Below, piece after piece: positions 36,595 to 44,972 of a stretch of 64,000 nt of DNA (its first letter is position 1; every line of letters begins with the position of its first letter). The translations under genes were made by a program, and so were the position numbers. Under the pieces are notes generated by a model. The model worked only from the letters and a program-made list of their open reading frames with translations. It was not told the origin of the DNA and searched no databases. The stretch is taken from IMG/VR virus record IMGVR_UViG_3300014773_000013; one strand, written 5' to 3'. This DNA comes from a virus.

Positions 36595-36829
36595 ACTACC
36601 TTTCGGTGTAAAGTTCCCCTCGGAAATGTTAAACCGGCTTTTTGCATCCAACACACTGTAGTCTACCCCTAGACCTCGCTTAATGTTGGATAACAGAGCC
36701 AGTGGCTAGGGCGTCACCGCTGGGTGTTATGACCGTTCTAACGTAGACTCTATCTCAAGTCTGATCCTGGTCAGGTTTGGCTTAAACTTTGCAGTTCAAG
36801 CCCCTAGCTTTAGCTATGGGGTTCCTGAC
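36595..36829 (-). ncRNA. omegaRNA (HEARO-like) scaffold; guide predicted at about 36830-36845
   Basis: GTCAGGAACCCC..CTAAAG..GGGGCTTG, TGACCAG, CTACGTT, CTCTG, CAGTGT and AACATT..CGAGG motifs directly upstream of iscB. The 3' end is approximate. Confidence 0.9.
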
Positions 36830-36841
36830 GTTATGCTCCTT

Positions 36842-37588
36842 CTATGCACTTACTTTTGTTGCACCGTTACTGCGTCGAATCCAACTGCGCACGGTCGATT
36901 CTTTCTGTTGCAGAATGCGCGCAATCTCAGCCGCCGGCATCTCGTTGCTGTGCATTTGTAGCGCCTGCGTGCGTGCATCAATCGTCTGTGCATCATCCGT
37001 TGCAGGCACTTCAATGCACTTCTGCACTGGATGCAACGACGCATCGGTTGGCGTTGTGCTTGGTTGATCGCAAAACTTGGCGCGCTGCGTAATTGGTTGC
37101 ACACTGCGCTGCGCACGCTCACGCCGCCTCACTTCGACTACGGCGACCTGAATGAGCGGCAGAAATGTTGTGCAGGCTAGCACGATTGCCCAACTACCAA
37201 TGAACCAGGGGCCGAACACATCGGACAATGCAACCGTGGTATGGTCGTTTGCACTGCTCATTAGATAGAGGACGGGCGCAATCGTGTAGACACCAAAAAA
37301 TAACGATAGACTATTCAATGCTAGCAGCAACCAATCATGCTGCGCAAAGTATTCCTCCCATGCGTGTGCGGCTGCATAGCTGATCAGGATAGCCAGCGCG
37401 CAACCAGCCCAAATAGGCTCATGTGCAGCCTTGAATGCAAATACCCAGCGCGGCACCTCGGTGCATACGGCAAGTACAAGCCCAAATGTCACGTTGCGTT
37501 GCGCCCACGGCTGCACGGTTGTCCATACACTGTGCAATGCTTTCATGATACGTTCTGAATTGCTGCTCTGCACTGTCGTTTGTTCCAT
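36842..37588 (-). CDS. Four-TM protein with C-terminal HTH
   Basis: Hydrophobic helices, a linker, then PAAEIARILQQKESTVRSWIRR. Confidence 0.75.
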   Translation of the reverse strand: MEQTTVQSSNSERIMKALHSVWTTVQPWAQRNVTFGLVLAVCTEVPRWVFAFKAAHEPIWAGCALAILISYAAAHAWEEYFAQHDWLLLALNSLSLFFGVYTIAPVLYLMSSANDHTTVALSDVFGPWFIGSWAIVLACTTFLPLIQVAVVEVRRRERAQRSVQPITQRAKFCDQPSTTPTDASLHPVQKCIEVPATDDAQTIDARTQALQMHSNEMPAAEIARILQQKESTVRSWIRRSNGATKVSA

Positions 37589-37591
37589 CGT

Positions 37592-37918
37592 TCAACCCTC
37601 CCTATCGTGGTGATAGTCGCACAGTGTGCGCAAATCTGACAGTTCCGCCAACATGCCGCTGACACCCGGCGCACCTTTGTGCAAGTACGACGTGTGATGC
37701 ACTTGCAATGTCGTGCGCTTATCGCAGCGACGCAGGTTGACACGGTGCGTGCAACGGTGGCCGTCAATGGCCAGGCGCAAAGTGCGCAGGATGTACCAGC
37801 GCGGCGACTGTAGGTAATCCTGATACTCCGCACGGTAATGCACGCGCACGCCGGTGAGACTGCGCACGGTGCCAACAAGCCGCACGTACAGCCATCGTTT
37901 GATGAGTTCGGCGATCAT
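37592..37918 (-). CDS. Small HNH endonuclease
   Basis: YQDYLQSPRW..DGHRC..LQVHH..LRTLCDYHH; start MIAELIK. Confidence 0.75.
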   Translation of the reverse strand: MIAELIKRWLYVRLVGTVRSLTGVRVHYRAEYQDYLQSPRWYILRTLRLAIDGHRCTHRVNLRRCDKRTTLQVHHTSYLHKGAPGVSGMLAELSDLRTLCDYHHDREG

Positions 37919-38325
37919 ACCAACATCCCCATCAGACTGACAACCAAATTTGCCACAAGTAGCGCCGTCATCAGGTTGATGCCGGTCGGTGGCAAGCCGG
38001 CAATTGCCCAAACGCCCCGACGTTGTCCAGGCGTGATATTGGCGTACACGGCAAAGAATACCGTCACCGGCACAAGCCCCGCCAACGCAATGCCGCCCAG
38101 GTAGGCCGACACCCCTGCGTGATGGGTTGACGCTCGTGTAACAAAATTCCACATACTTGCAATCGCCAGACTCACGATCAGGCCCGTCATAATATATAGC
38201 AACGGGTGTTTACGGTGTTTCTCTTTGCTGCCACCCAGCCAACCCGTAACCTTGGTGGGAATCAACACCCACAACTCAGCCCACATTGCCCCCCATGCGC
38301 CTTGCACTGTCGTCTTTTCGTTCAT
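37915..38325 (-). CDS. Membrane protein
   Basis: About three TM helices; RBS GAGGGG. Confidence 0.65.
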   Translation of the reverse strand: MNEKTTVQGAWGAMWAELWVLIPTKVTGWLGGSKEKHRKHPLLYIMTGLIVSLAIASMWNFVTRASTHHAGVSAYLGGIALAGLVPVTVFFAVYANITPGQRRGVWAIAGLPPTGINLMTALLVANLVVSLMGMLV

Positions 38326-38454
38326 CCCCTCACCCCTTCTTCTCCATCAATTCAATCGCCATAATTGCCACCGATAGCAACAGCACAACCAGCGACGGCC
38401 CGCTCAGCGCTGCCCACACCCACCAGGCGAAAAACAGCGCTGCAATAAGCTTGT

Positions 38455-38898
38455 TCACTGACGCACCGTCAACTGTCGCACCGGCGTGCGTTGTCCATCG
38501 GCGTCAACCAGATAATAGGCACCATTGCTGCGCACGGCCTGCATTCCCCGCTCACGCGCTGCCAATCTCAACTGGCGATTAAAGCCAGGCTGACCAGGCA
38601 GCAAGCGCAGTTGCTCGGCTTGCATCGGCTGTCCTGCGGCAACATGGCTAATCGTGATCATGTGCCACCGCACGACCAACAATAGCGCAACCACAGCGAG
38701 GACAGCAAGCACCACAATCGGCCAGTAGACCGGCTTCGCACTTTCGGCCAACTGCTGAAACATACGCGCCTGTTCCTGCGCTTGAATGATAGCGGCTTGC
38801 GCCTGTGCCTGCTGTGCGTTCGCCTGCGCTACCTGCGCATCGTAGCGCGTCGTGCAACCGGCCAGAATCAGCGCCAAAAAGACAAAGTAACGCATCAA
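38455..38898 (-). CDS. Lipoprotein with coiled coil and second TM
   Basis: Lipobox LAGC, Gln/Ala coiled coil, TM YWPIVVLAVLAVVALLLVV. Confidence 0.75.
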   Translation of the reverse strand: MMRYFVFLALILAGCTTRYDAQVAQANAQQAQAQAAIIQAQEQARMFQQLAESAKPVYWPIVVLAVLAVVALLLVVRWHMITISHVAAGQPMQAEQLRLLPGQPGFNRQLRLAARERGMQAVRSNGAYYLVDADGQRTPVRQLTVRQ

Positions 38899-39266
38899 CC
38901 CACCTCCACACTATACTGTTTCACGGTACGACGCACATCGGCACGTACCGACGACCGGCGGCGACTATCGGCAAACATCCGGTTCCACGCTGCGAACACG
39001 CCGGCAAACGTTACCGGCTCCGTGCAGGTCTCCCAGACGTAATAGGCGTATCCAGCTAGTGTGATAAAATTCCACACTAGCATGAGTTGCAGCACCCACA
39101 TTGGCACGGCAAACGAAAAATAGCCCAGCGCTTGACGTTGCATATTGAGCGTGACAACGCTGACCAGCACCAACACCACGAACATTCCGCCAAGGTGGTG
39201 CCGGCTTGCCATCCAAGCGATAGCCCAGGCCACGCCGGCGCACCCGATTGCAGTAGATAAAAGCAT
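38895..39266 (-). CDS. Membrane protein
   Basis: Three hydrophobic segments; RBS GGAGGTG. Confidence 0.65.
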   Translation of the reverse strand: MLLSTAIGCAGVAWAIAWMASRHHLGGMFVVLVLVSVVTLNMQRQALGYFSFAVPMWVLQLMLVWNFITLAGYAYYVWETCTEPVTFAGVFAAWNRMFADSRRRSSVRADVRRTVKQYSVEVG

Positions 39267-39559
39267 GTCACCTCCACACCAGGTAGATGATTAGGGCAAT
39301 AATCACGCTAATAACTGCACTCGTCACCTGCTGACCAAAACTAACCTTATTAAACTTCATTAGTATCGCCGTGATTGAATGCACAATAGCCATTGCCAAT
39401 AATGTCATAATCATAAGTTTACTTACATCCATAATTGCAATATCCTTTTCTAGTTAATGACTCCCCCACCCCACCCTAATCGCTTCGCTTCGCTATTCAG
39501 CGGTACTCGTGGTAGCGACAAAAATTGAGCGAATAAAAGAGGCAGGGGAGGTACTTAGG

Positions 39560-40273
39560 TTACGCGCGCACGTACTTGTTTTGCACGTCTTCCCGCTCTT
39601 GCTTAATGCGCAACTCAACCCGGCGCATCACGGAATCATAATCATTTCCCACAATCATTTTCTTTTTGCCAGACACGCCACCGCGCCCGATAACGCCAGC
39701 CCGTTCCATCAGTGCCATTGCGCTCCCCCACTCCCCGTCTGTCATACTATTGCGCAACTCGTCGCGACTGTATGGCAGATTGGCCGCCCAACGCTCAACA
39801 ATCATTCGGCAAGTGTCATGCGCTATCGTCAACTCATCAGGCGTTGCCACGGCTTTGACGCTGGTCCCGCTTGTGCTCAGCACCGCAATCTGTTGGCGCA
39901 ATTCTTTGATCGTAGCATGAGCGCGCATGAGTTTCTCTCGCAGGTTGTCACGTTCCATCGTCAGGTCAACGAGCATATTTTCCATGCGTAGCTTGTCGCG
40001 CAGGTCGCGCCATTCGTCCAAGCTGAAACGAGCAACGGACAAGCCGCCGAAGGTTACGCCCGCTGCGATGGCGCTGGCCAGCAAATGATACTCGGTGAAT
40101 GTGGCAGCGGTCATGGCCACCCAGGCGCCGGAACCACACAGCACGATAACACCCGCGCCGGCGCCAGCCCAGAGATTTTCCCGGACGGTGGCGGTGACCA
40201 GTTCGTTATCTCGCTGCGCGCGCAATCTAACGCGCTCGCCGGTAACTGTGGTTGATTCCTGCTGTTTCACCAA
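39560..40273 (-). CDS. Two-TM, coiled-coil, winged-helix-like protein
   Basis: TM pair, heptad region, C-terminal WGSAMALMERAGVIGRGG. Confidence 0.7.
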   Translation of the reverse strand: MVKQQESTTVTGERVRLRAQRDNELVTATVRENLWAGAGAGVIVLCGSGAWVAMTAATFTEYHLLASAIAAGVTFGGLSVARFSLDEWRDLRDKLRMENMLVDLTMERDNLREKLMRAHATIKELRQQIAVLSTSGTSVKAVATPDELTIAHDTCRMIVERWAANLPYSRDELRNSMTDGEWGSAMALMERAGVIGRGGVSGKKKMIVGNDYDSVMRRVELRIKQEREDVQNKYVRA

Positions 40274-40438
40274 TGTTAGTCCCCCACCGCAAAGACTGCC
40301 AGCAACGCCAGCATTGAAAATATCAACATGGCCGCACCAGCTCGACGGCTATCACAATCTCCCCTCCATCATCAAGCTGCCGCCGACCGTGCCCATTGCC
40401 ATCAGCGTGCCCAGCAGCGCCACAACAACAAGCACCAG

Positions 40439-40636
40439 CTACATACCACAACCATTATCAACCGATAGGCTATTGACAATCTTTTCAAGTACCGCCCAGG
40501 CCAGTGCGAAGAGCATAGCCGGTACACCGATGGCGACCTGTCCACACAGCGTGCAGGCTAGTCCGAAAATGAATGTGATTTCTACCATAAATATAAAATC
40601 CTTCGCTATACAGCCAAGGGTGGACAAACCACGCAT
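40439..40636 (-). CDS. Small membrane protein
   Basis: Hydrophobic, 65 aa or shorter. Confidence 0.45.
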   Translation of the reverse strand: MRGLSTLGCIAKDFIFMVEITFIFGLACTLCGQVAIGVPAMLFALAWAVLEKIVNSLSVDNGCGM

Positions 40637-40731
40637 GATGAATTATCATGCTGCATTGGTTGGCCGCTACTCGGCTAACTGTTCTGGCCTCGGTCAGTGT
40701 TACGGCACTGGCCGAGGCGTTACCTTTGGCG

Positions 40732-40992
40732 CTACCATTCTTGAGCTACGCCAACCTTCTCGCACAACAGCTTGAGCATCAACGTGTGCGATGCCTGCAC
40801 TGTCTCCATATTGTCAATTCTAGCGTTCAGCCGCTTAAACTTGCCACCCTCCGACCGACCTCGATCCCAGTCGGCAATAATGGCCTGCACTAGGCCAGAG
40901 AAGTTGTCAGCGTATTCCGGCCAAACAGTGGCTGCCTTGCCAACTATCCCCAATGTATGCTCGTTAAAACTTACTGATTTCTTCTCTGACAT
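40732..40992 (-). CDS. RHH-like regulator with coiled coil
   Basis: MSEKKSVSF...NFSGLVQAIIADW; first gene after the promoter. Confidence 0.65.
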   Translation of the reverse strand: MSEKKSVSFNEHTLGIVGKAATVWPEYADNFSGLVQAIIADWDRGRSEGGKFKRLNARIDNMETVQASHTLMLKLLCEKVGVAQEW

Positions 40993-41006
40993 TATATGCG
41001 CCTCTG

Positions 41007-41059
41007 TGCTACTTTTTGTTACTTTATGCTACTATACACCCCTTTGCGCCGCAAGTCAA
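41007..41059 (-). promoter_or_regulatory. Leftward promoter with three 10-bp-phased repeats
   Basis: TTGACT-17-TATAGT; tgYtact at 41007, 41017 and 41027. Confidence 0.75.
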
Positions 41060-41132
41060 TAGCCTATCGGCTAACGTTTCCGCTACAATTCTTAAATTTT
41101 TCGACTTTTGCAAAACTCGTGCAAACTGCCTA

Positions 41133-41188
41133 TTGACAACTAAATTTAGTTGGTGTATTATATGTTTATCGGTAAGTAAATTTAGTTG
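41133..41188 (+). promoter_or_regulatory. Rightward promoter with two palindromic operators
   Basis: TTGACA-17-TATTAT; perfect palindrome CAACTAAATTTAGTTG at 41137-52 and a 14/16 copy at 41173-88. Confidence 0.85.
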
Positions 41189-41202
41189 AAAGGATTAGGG
41201 AT

Positions 41203-41898
41203 ATGACTAGCCAAATTACTCGTGACAACTGGAACGCAATTGTACTAACCTCGATTGACTCTGCGGACCGCGAGCGTATCGCCAAATTAGTCGAAGATGT
41301 AAGTAACGCCGATAAAATCGATGAGCATGGCGGATGGGATTTCGGTATTCAGAAGGTTACAAAGAAGCGTAGCCGTGCGCTGAACTGGGATCTGTACGGG
41401 TTTGGAACTGACCTGCATAGCGGCACGTTTCTGGCCGTAATTCAGGTCCGGGAATGGACAGAGGGACGGCGCTTTAATACAGTACGAAAATCTTATTTCC
41501 TCATCGGCCAAAACGAAGATGCAAGCGTATTCGCTCACCCCGTCGAAAGCCGCGTTATTCATGCCGCAATCAAAGCTGGACGTGATGTAGTATTGGCCTG
41601 TCAAAACTGGATCTTCGGTGGCGATTATGCCGCCATGATTCGCCAGGGCGATCTGGCCTTGATTCCATTGAACAAACGCCCCAGCGCTGATGTGCTGGGC
41701 AAGCGCAAAATCACCTTGGCCGACAGCCACGAATTGAAGGCTACTCAGATCAGAGTCAATGGCAACTTCTACGCCAAGAATCCAACCATGCGCCACCTGC
41801 CGGGGACGCACCCAGAAGTAAGCGGCAAAGGATGGTATCGGCTGATCGTCGGTAAGCGCGCTGAGTTCTGGAACTTTGCAGTACCAACGGTAGACTAA
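41203..41898 (+). CDS. Hypothetical protein (231 aa)
   Basis: Clear promoter and RBS; RQGDLALIP...SHEL...HP motifs. Confidence 0.8.
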   Translation: MTSQITRDNWNAIVLTSIDSADRERIAKLVEDVSNADKIDEHGGWDFGIQKVTKKRSRALNWDLYGFGTDLHSGTFLAVIQVREWTEGRRFNTVRKSYFLIGQNEDASVFAHPVESRVIHAAIKAGRDVVLACQNWIFGGDYAAMIRQGDLALIPLNKRPSADVLGKRKITLADSHELKATQIRVNGNFYAKNPTMRHLPGTHPEVSGKGWYRLIVGKRAEFWNFAVPTVD

Positions 41899-41926
41899 CT
41901 GTGTTTAACATTCTCAGGAGATTGAC

Positions 41927-42460
41927 ATGACCGACCAAGAAAAAAAGGAACACGCACGAAACGTTGTAGAGAACTTTGCACGCTCGTACTGGAATGATCG
42001 ACTTCGTTGGCAGGTGGGGCAATTCGTGCCGGGTGGCGATATGAATATGCCCATGCTCTGGGAAAACATTATTGAAAAAACAATGGAGCCACAAGAATGG
42101 CTTGTTATGGCCGAGTATGGGCTTGGGCTTCACCCTGACGCAGATGACGGCTATATCTATGAAATTTGTCAGGGGTTGGCGGAATGGCTTTTTTCCTTGC
42201 CAGATATGCACACGTACGAAATCCCTGACATGTGGAAAGATTCGCCACTTGGCGCGCTATGGTGGGCAGCCATGATCAGAATCCAGGGAGATGAGTTGAT
42301 CACCATCAATGACGCGGCAAAAATCGCCGGTGTCACTGTCCAGGCCATGAGCCAACGCGTAACACGCGGCACGCTGAAATCTTTCACGGACCCAAGCGCC
42401 AACAACCCCCAACGTGAGCGAAAATTAGTGCTTCGTTCAGATGTGGAACCGAAGAAATAA
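41927..42460 (+). CDS. Protein with C-terminal excisionase/MerR-type HTH
   Basis: LITINDAAKIAGVTVQAMSQRVTRGTL; RBS AGGAG. Confidence 0.8.
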   Translation: MTDQEKKEHARNVVENFARSYWNDRLRWQVGQFVPGGDMNMPMLWENIIEKTMEPQEWLVMAEYGLGLHPDADDGYIYEICQGLAEWLFSLPDMHTYEIPDMWKDSPLGALWWAAMIRIQGDELITINDAAKIAGVTVQAMSQRVTRGTLKSFTDPSANNPQRERKLVLRSDVEPKK

Positions 42461-42469
42461 AGCATAAAC

Positions 42470-42511
42470 AAAATAAGCGCCGGTCACCTTCTCAGTGCCG
42501 GCGCTTATTTT
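42470..42511. terminator. Bidirectional terminator
   Basis: AAAATAAGCGCCGG...CCGGCGCTTATTTT between convergent genes. Confidence 0.85.
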
Positions 42512-42587
42512 ATTCCCCATCTTTCTCCCGGTTGGCGACACCCGTTTGCAGCGCCGCCAACCCACGTTTTTGGCACGAACAACAGAA

Positions 42588-42905
42588 TTACCCTACTTGC
42601 TCTGCCAGTGTAGCAATTTCCCTAGTCCCACTAGGGATTTTACCCCCAAAGTGGGCACGCTGGCGCAATGCGGCGCGCTGCTCTTCGCTCACCACGCGTT
42701 TGCCTTTGCGCACAAGCACTTGGTCAGCGCGTAGCTTGTACTTGAAGCCGGCGCCAACAACTGCGTAGGGTGCCACGCCAATCTTCTCGAATCTGCGAAT
42801 CCAGTAGGGATCGTCGCTAAAAACATCAAAGGCTGCGTGGTCATCGCCGGTCATGCAAAAGTTTGTCTCTCGTTCTTCGGGCGTTAATTCGATTGCCATT
42901 TCCAT
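42588..42905 (-). CDS. Hypothetical protein
   Basis: LTPEERET...SEEQRAALRQR; RBS AGGAG. Confidence 0.7.
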   Translation of the reverse strand: MEMAIELTPEERETNFCMTGDDHAAFDVFSDDPYWIRRFEKIGVAPYAVVGAGFKYKLRADQVLVRKGKRVVSEEQRAALRQRAHFGGKIPSGTREIATLAEQVG

Positions 42906-42918
42906 CTCCTATGCGTTT

Positions 42919-43170
42919 TCACGCCAGTTTCAACTGTTTATCAATGTCGGCGTCTTCCTCGTCGGTCACGGTTGGCACGGTAAGCGCGCTGCGTACCATG
43001 CGCTTAATGGATTCCCGTTGGCGTTTCTCGTAACATGCGTTTAGCAGCCTGCTGGCAAAGTCGCTTGCCGTGGTGCTGTCTTGTGCGGCCAGTGCGGTGG
43101 CCACCTCGGTGCGCTCCTCCAGTGTCAGGATGAGAAGCGACGCTACGATCTCGGCGATGTGTGTTGGCAT
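42919..43170 (-). CDS. Hypothetical protein
   Basis: RBS AAGGAG. Confidence 0.7.
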   Translation of the reverse strand: MPTHIAEIVASLLILTLEERTEVATALAAQDSTTASDFASRLLNACYEKRQRESIKRMVRSALTVPTVTDEEDADIDKQLKLA

Positions 43171-43179
43171 GGTTTCTCC

Positions 43180-43794
43180 TTATGGTTGCGGAATTGTGCT
43201 CCCCGGTAACGTTGCGGTTGCGGTTGCGGTGGGCGCTTGTGCGGTTAACGTGGCGAACAGTGCGTCCAACGTCGCTCCAAAATTCGGCGTGGCCGTGGCG
43301 GTGCTTGTTTCGGTGGCTGTCGCGGTGTGCGTCGGCGTCTGTGTCTCGGTTGGCGTGCTTGTCGCCGTGGGCACTAATGCCGTCACGGTTTGCTCCAAAC
43401 TAATGACGGTGGCATTCGGCGTGCCGGTGGCGACTGTGGACAGTGCGTCAATCGTCGCCTGCATGTTGGCTAATTGCGTCGCCAAGGCGTTAGGCGTGCC
43501 TGTATGCGTCGGTAGCGCCGTTTCGGTACTTGTAGCCGTTTTTGTCGGTTCTGGCGTCTCTGTGGCCGTCTCCGTGGCTGTGGGCGTGAATCCAGCAGCC
43601 GTGAGTGTCGCCACTAATTCGGCAATCTGTGTCGCCACCTCGTTTACTGTTGCGCTTGCCGTGGGCGTCGGCGTGTCGCCGGCCAGGCTGACGATAGGCA
43701 GGTAAGTTGTGCTTTGCGCACGGACGTTGGCGACGATGGCAATGAGTGCGATGGTTGAAAGTAAAGCGAAAAGCGTAAGACGTAAACGATTCAT
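43180..43794 (-). CDS. Secreted Thr/Pro-rich protein with YLPIV motif
   Basis: Signal peptide (VRA|Q), TYLPIV, and TPT/TAT repeats. Confidence 0.8.
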   Translation of the reverse strand: MNRLRLTLFALLSTIALIAIVANVRAQSTTYLPIVSLAGDTPTPTASATVNEVATQIAELVATLTAAGFTPTATETATETPEPTKTATSTETALPTHTGTPNALATQLANMQATIDALSTVATGTPNATVISLEQTVTALVPTATSTPTETQTPTHTATATETSTATATPNFGATLDALFATLTAQAPTATATATLPGSTIPQP

Positions 43795-44354
43795 ATTCGT
43801 GTGTCTCCTCCGGTGTAGTGCTCGCCGTACTCATCAACATCAGGCGAGTGATTCCCGGTTGGACAGATCCACGAACCGCCCGCGCCGTGACAAATATCAC
43901 AATCATCGCAATCATCGCAATGATTAAAACAATCTTCCCATACCAGGATTGCGCCACACATTTTGCATGTTGGTAGCGCAGCCGATTGCGCCGGATCCAA
44001 CGCCTCTGCCAACGTAACACAAAACGCGTCTGCGCGACGTGGGTCCGCACGCACAAAAGCCGCGACCAGGTCGCATTCCTGTACGCCGTCCAGCGCCAGG
44101 AGTGCAGCCAGGATCGTGTCAACCGTATTGACCGGCGTTAGGGATTCGCGCCAGTCAATAGTGGCGGGCTTCACCTTGCCAATACGCCAGGAAATCCCAC
44201 CGTCTGCCGTCCACATCTCCGCAATGTCAATTCGGTGCGGCGCGTCCTCATAGGCATATACCGTGCCGGTTCCATCCGCCGCCGCCCACTTTGCGCCGGG
44301 CGGCACATTGAATTTACTCAGGCCGAGCATCGCCGCCGCTCCTTCCGCTAACAT
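43791..44354 (-). CDS. Hypothetical protein with Cys-rich C-terminus
   Basis: AKWAAAD..G motif and CKMC/CDIC clusters. The start may be MLGLSK. Confidence 0.65.
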   Translation of the reverse strand: MLAEGAAAMLGLSKFNVPPGAKWAAADGTGTVYAYEDAPHRIDIAEMWTADGGISWRIGKVKPATIDWRESLTPVNTVDTILAALLALDGVQECDLVAAFVRADPRRADAFCVTLAEALDPAQSAALPTCKMCGAILVWEDCFNHCDDCDDCDICHGAGGSWICPTGNHSPDVDEYGEHYTGGDTRI

Positions 44355-44422
44355 GCAGCGCTGCCATAACGATGGCCACGCAGAGCACGAGCACGGCCCC
44401 GATGATAACGCCTGCGAAATAA

Positions 44423-44719
44423 CTAAGCATGTACCACCTCATCTCTCAACTTCACCCACCTGTCACACACAAAACGCTGCCCGCTCTGCACCGGCCCGTG
44501 CCAGCCGCCAAGCCGCTCGCAGTGGCCGAATCCGTCAGCCACCAGCCAATGCCGGCAGTTCAGGCAGTAGCGGCCAGCACTTGGCGCACGCAGTCCGACG
44601 TCCGGCATGAGTCCGCTACGCAGAGTCTCGAAATAGATTACCTGGCTCACGCTGGCACCGCCTTCATAAGGGCTTATCGGTTGTTTGTTGGCATCCAAAA
44701 CGAAAACAAAATTTTGCAT
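44423..44719 (-). CDS. Chimeric ORF: 17 N-terminal IscB codons fused in frame to a Cys-rich phage gene
   Basis: MQNFVFVLDANKQPISP-Y-EGGASVSQVIYFETL...CLNCRHW, created by the duplication junction. Confidence 0.7.
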   Translation of the reverse strand: MQNFVFVLDANKQPISPYEGGASVSQVIYFETLRSGLMPDVGLRAPSAGRYCLNCRHWLVADGFGHCERLGGWHGPVQSGQRFVCDRWVKLRDEVVHA

Positions 44720-44725
44720 TCCTGC

Positions 44726-44960
44726 ACTACCTTTCGGTGTAAAGTTCCCCTCGGAAATGTTAAACCGGCTTTTTGCATCCAACACACTGTAGTCTACCCC
44801 TAGACCTCGCTTAATGTTGGATAACAGAGCCAGTGGCTAGGGCGTCACCGCTGGGTGTTATGACCGTTCTAACGTAGACTCTATCTCAAGTCTGATCCTG
44901 GTCAGGTTTGGCTTAAACTTTGCAGTTCAAGCCCCTAGCTTTAGCTATGGGGTTCCTGAC
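44726..44960 (-). ncRNA. Second omegaRNA copy (same guide, no intact iscB)
   Basis: Matches 36595-36829 at +8131. Confidence 0.88.
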
Positions 44961-44972
44961 GTTATGCTCCTT

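Larger units (their letters stand above)
35243..36829 (-). mobile_element. Non-autonomous IS200/IS605-superfamily IscB (OMEGA) element, 1587 bp
   Basis: Near-identical subterminal hairpins cccctggttttaactatgggg (35261-81) and cccctagctttagctatgggg (36801-21). Plus-strand boundaries are TTCAT| and TGAC|. No tnpA in the window. Confidence 0.9.

Noticed and set aside
36589..36654. N-terminal extension MLDAKSRF... of IscB
   Set aside because: It lies within the omegaRNA. The family-typical start is MQNFVFVLD at 36588.
40687..40718. Hairpin GCCTCGGTCAGTG..CACTGGCCGAGGC as an ncRNA
   Set aside because: A single stem after the RHH-like gene with no U tract or other support. It is likely a stability or pause element only.
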